DNA of 64,000 nt. Source: Lingula anatina (lineage: Eukaryota; Animalia; Brachiopoda). Below, piece after piece: positions 62,864-64,000 of the stretch. The position numbers and the translations under genes were made by a program. The stretch lies in the NCBI GenBank assembly GCA_051362555.1, contig CM120640.1, positions 10,292,001 to 10,356,000 of the forward strand, given 5' to 3'. Positions within the stretch are counted from its first letter, which is position 1. The number at the start of each line of letters is the position of its first letter. The notes under the pieces are model-generated. The model was not told the origin of the DNA. It ran no database searches and saw only the letters and a list, made by a program, of their open reading frames with translations.

Positions 62864-63095
62864 TAGTCAGGTGGCTATGTCCAAATTTTATCCAGAATTG
62901 TGCAATAGATGATAAAAGCATGAAACAATAGATGATAAAAGCATGAAACTTTCCACGATGAATGACCATTGGGTGTTTGTCTATTTTGGATCGGGGGGTT
63001 GACAAACACCCAATGGTCATTCATTGTGGAAAATTTCATGCTTTTATCATCTTTTGCAGAATTCTGGATAAAATTTGGACTTAGCCGCCTGACTA
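62864..63095. repeat. Long inverted repeat (about 95-bp arms) inside the HINE
   Basis: Arm 62864-62981 pairs with 63001-63095 across a 19-nt spacer. The left arm carries an extra tandem copy of CAATAGATGATAAAAGCATGAAA. Confidence 0.85.
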
Positions 63096-63820
63096 CTTTT
63101 CACCATGAACTAAACTTTGCATATTTTGCTTCCCTTTTTTCTCCAAAACTGGCAGAGATAGGTCCATAGTTACTATTGAACTTGAATAGGAAGTCATATA
63201 CTGGCAATCTAAATGTGACCTTGAAATTGACCTTTGACCTACTTTTCACCATGAACTAACCTTTGCAAATTTTGTTTCCCTTTTATCTCCAAAACTGGCA
63301 GAGATAGGTCTATAGTTACTATTGAACTTGAATAGGAAGTCATATACTGGCAATCTAAATGTGACCTTGAAATTGACCTTTGACCTACTTTTCACCATGA
63401 ACTGAACTTTGCAAATTTTGCTTCTCTTTCATATCCAAAACTGGCAGAGATAGGTCCAAAGTTACTATTGAAGTTGAATAGGAAGTCATATACCGGCAAT
63501 CTTAATTTGACCTTAAAATTGACCTTTGACCTACTTTTCACCATGAACTGAACTTTGCAAATTTTGCTTCCCTTTTATCTCCAAAACTGGCAGAGATAGG
63601 TCCAAAGTTACTATTGAAGTTGAATAGGAAGCCATACACTGGCAATCTTTATGTGACCTTAAAATTGACCTTTGACCTACTTTTCACCATGAACTGAACT
63701 TTGCAAATTTTGCTTCCCTTTTATCTCCCAAACTGGCAGAGATAGGTCCAAAGTTACTTTTGAAGTTGAATAGGAAGTCATATACTGGCAATCTTAATGT
63801 GACATTGACCTTTGACCTAC
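63093..63820 (+). repeat. Tandem array of five 146-bp units
   Basis: Units start with CTACTTTT near 63093, 63239, 63385, 63531 and 63677; the last unit is 140 bp. The units are highly similar. Confidence 0.95.
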
Positions 63821-64000
63821 CTTTTGATGAACTTTTGATATATTTTTTTGCATATTTTGAAAATTCTTGTTGATTGCATTTTTACAGCTTGTCAAGCAAA
63901 AGACTGGTGGTTGTGTCCCTTATTTTGTATATGTGGGGGTCTATACGAATGCGCTTGCTCCAGCTGGTGGTACAATATTTGGAGGCGGTATCGCCTCTCT

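Larger units (their letters stand above)
62124..64000 (+). mobile_element. Non-autonomous Helentron-associated element (HINE / DINE-1 / pearl-like), nearly full length
   Basis: 5' subTIR TATTGTACCACCAGC (62126-62140) followed by its partial inverse GCTGGCGGTACA (62147-62158), a degenerate CCGT/GTCC tract and a central tandem array. Perfect 3' subTIR GCTGGTGGTACAATA (63963-63977), then hairpin GAGGCG-GTAT-CGCCTC (63982-63997). Begins in a T run; the 3' terminus is at or just past the window edge. Confidence 0.85.

Noticed and set aside
63093-63820. Regular array considered as a CRISPR-like locus
   Set aside because: Whole 146-bp units repeat with no unique spacers, there are no cas genes, and the context is eukaryotic.

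Overview
AT-rich, intron-containing eukaryotic DNA, probably from a marine invertebrate bilaterian; a lophotrochozoan such as a mollusc is my best guess, which is inference only. Seven protein-coding genes can be assembled by hand with GT-AG introns and consistent phases. They are the 5' part of a natriuretic-peptide-receptor/membrane guanylyl cyclase-like gene (-, runs off the left edge), USP30 (-) head-to-head with MAPKAPK5 (+), an intronless RASL10-like GTPase (-), an ENPP7-like ectoenzyme (-) head-to-head with a small secreted four-EF-hand protein (+), and EIF2D (-). Non-coding DNA carries several small non-autonomous mobile elements. These include a 240-bp Penelope-like insertion with a 12-bp target-site duplication and a degenerate hammerhead ribozyme core, several MITEs (one inserted inside a USP30 splice donor), a 40-bp palindrome flanked by direct repeats, and a nearly complete 1.9-kb Helentron/HINE-type element with a 146-bp tandem array, each unit holding a perfect nuclear-receptor DR1 site. 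I found no CRISPR array, rRNA or tRNA gene. I see no clear-cut new multi-gene system. The strongest leads are the tandem splice donor in MAPKAPK5, the atypical secreted EF-hand protein and its ENPP7-like neighbour, the DR1-array Helentron and the hammerhead-bearing retro-insertion. All coordinates were read by eye.
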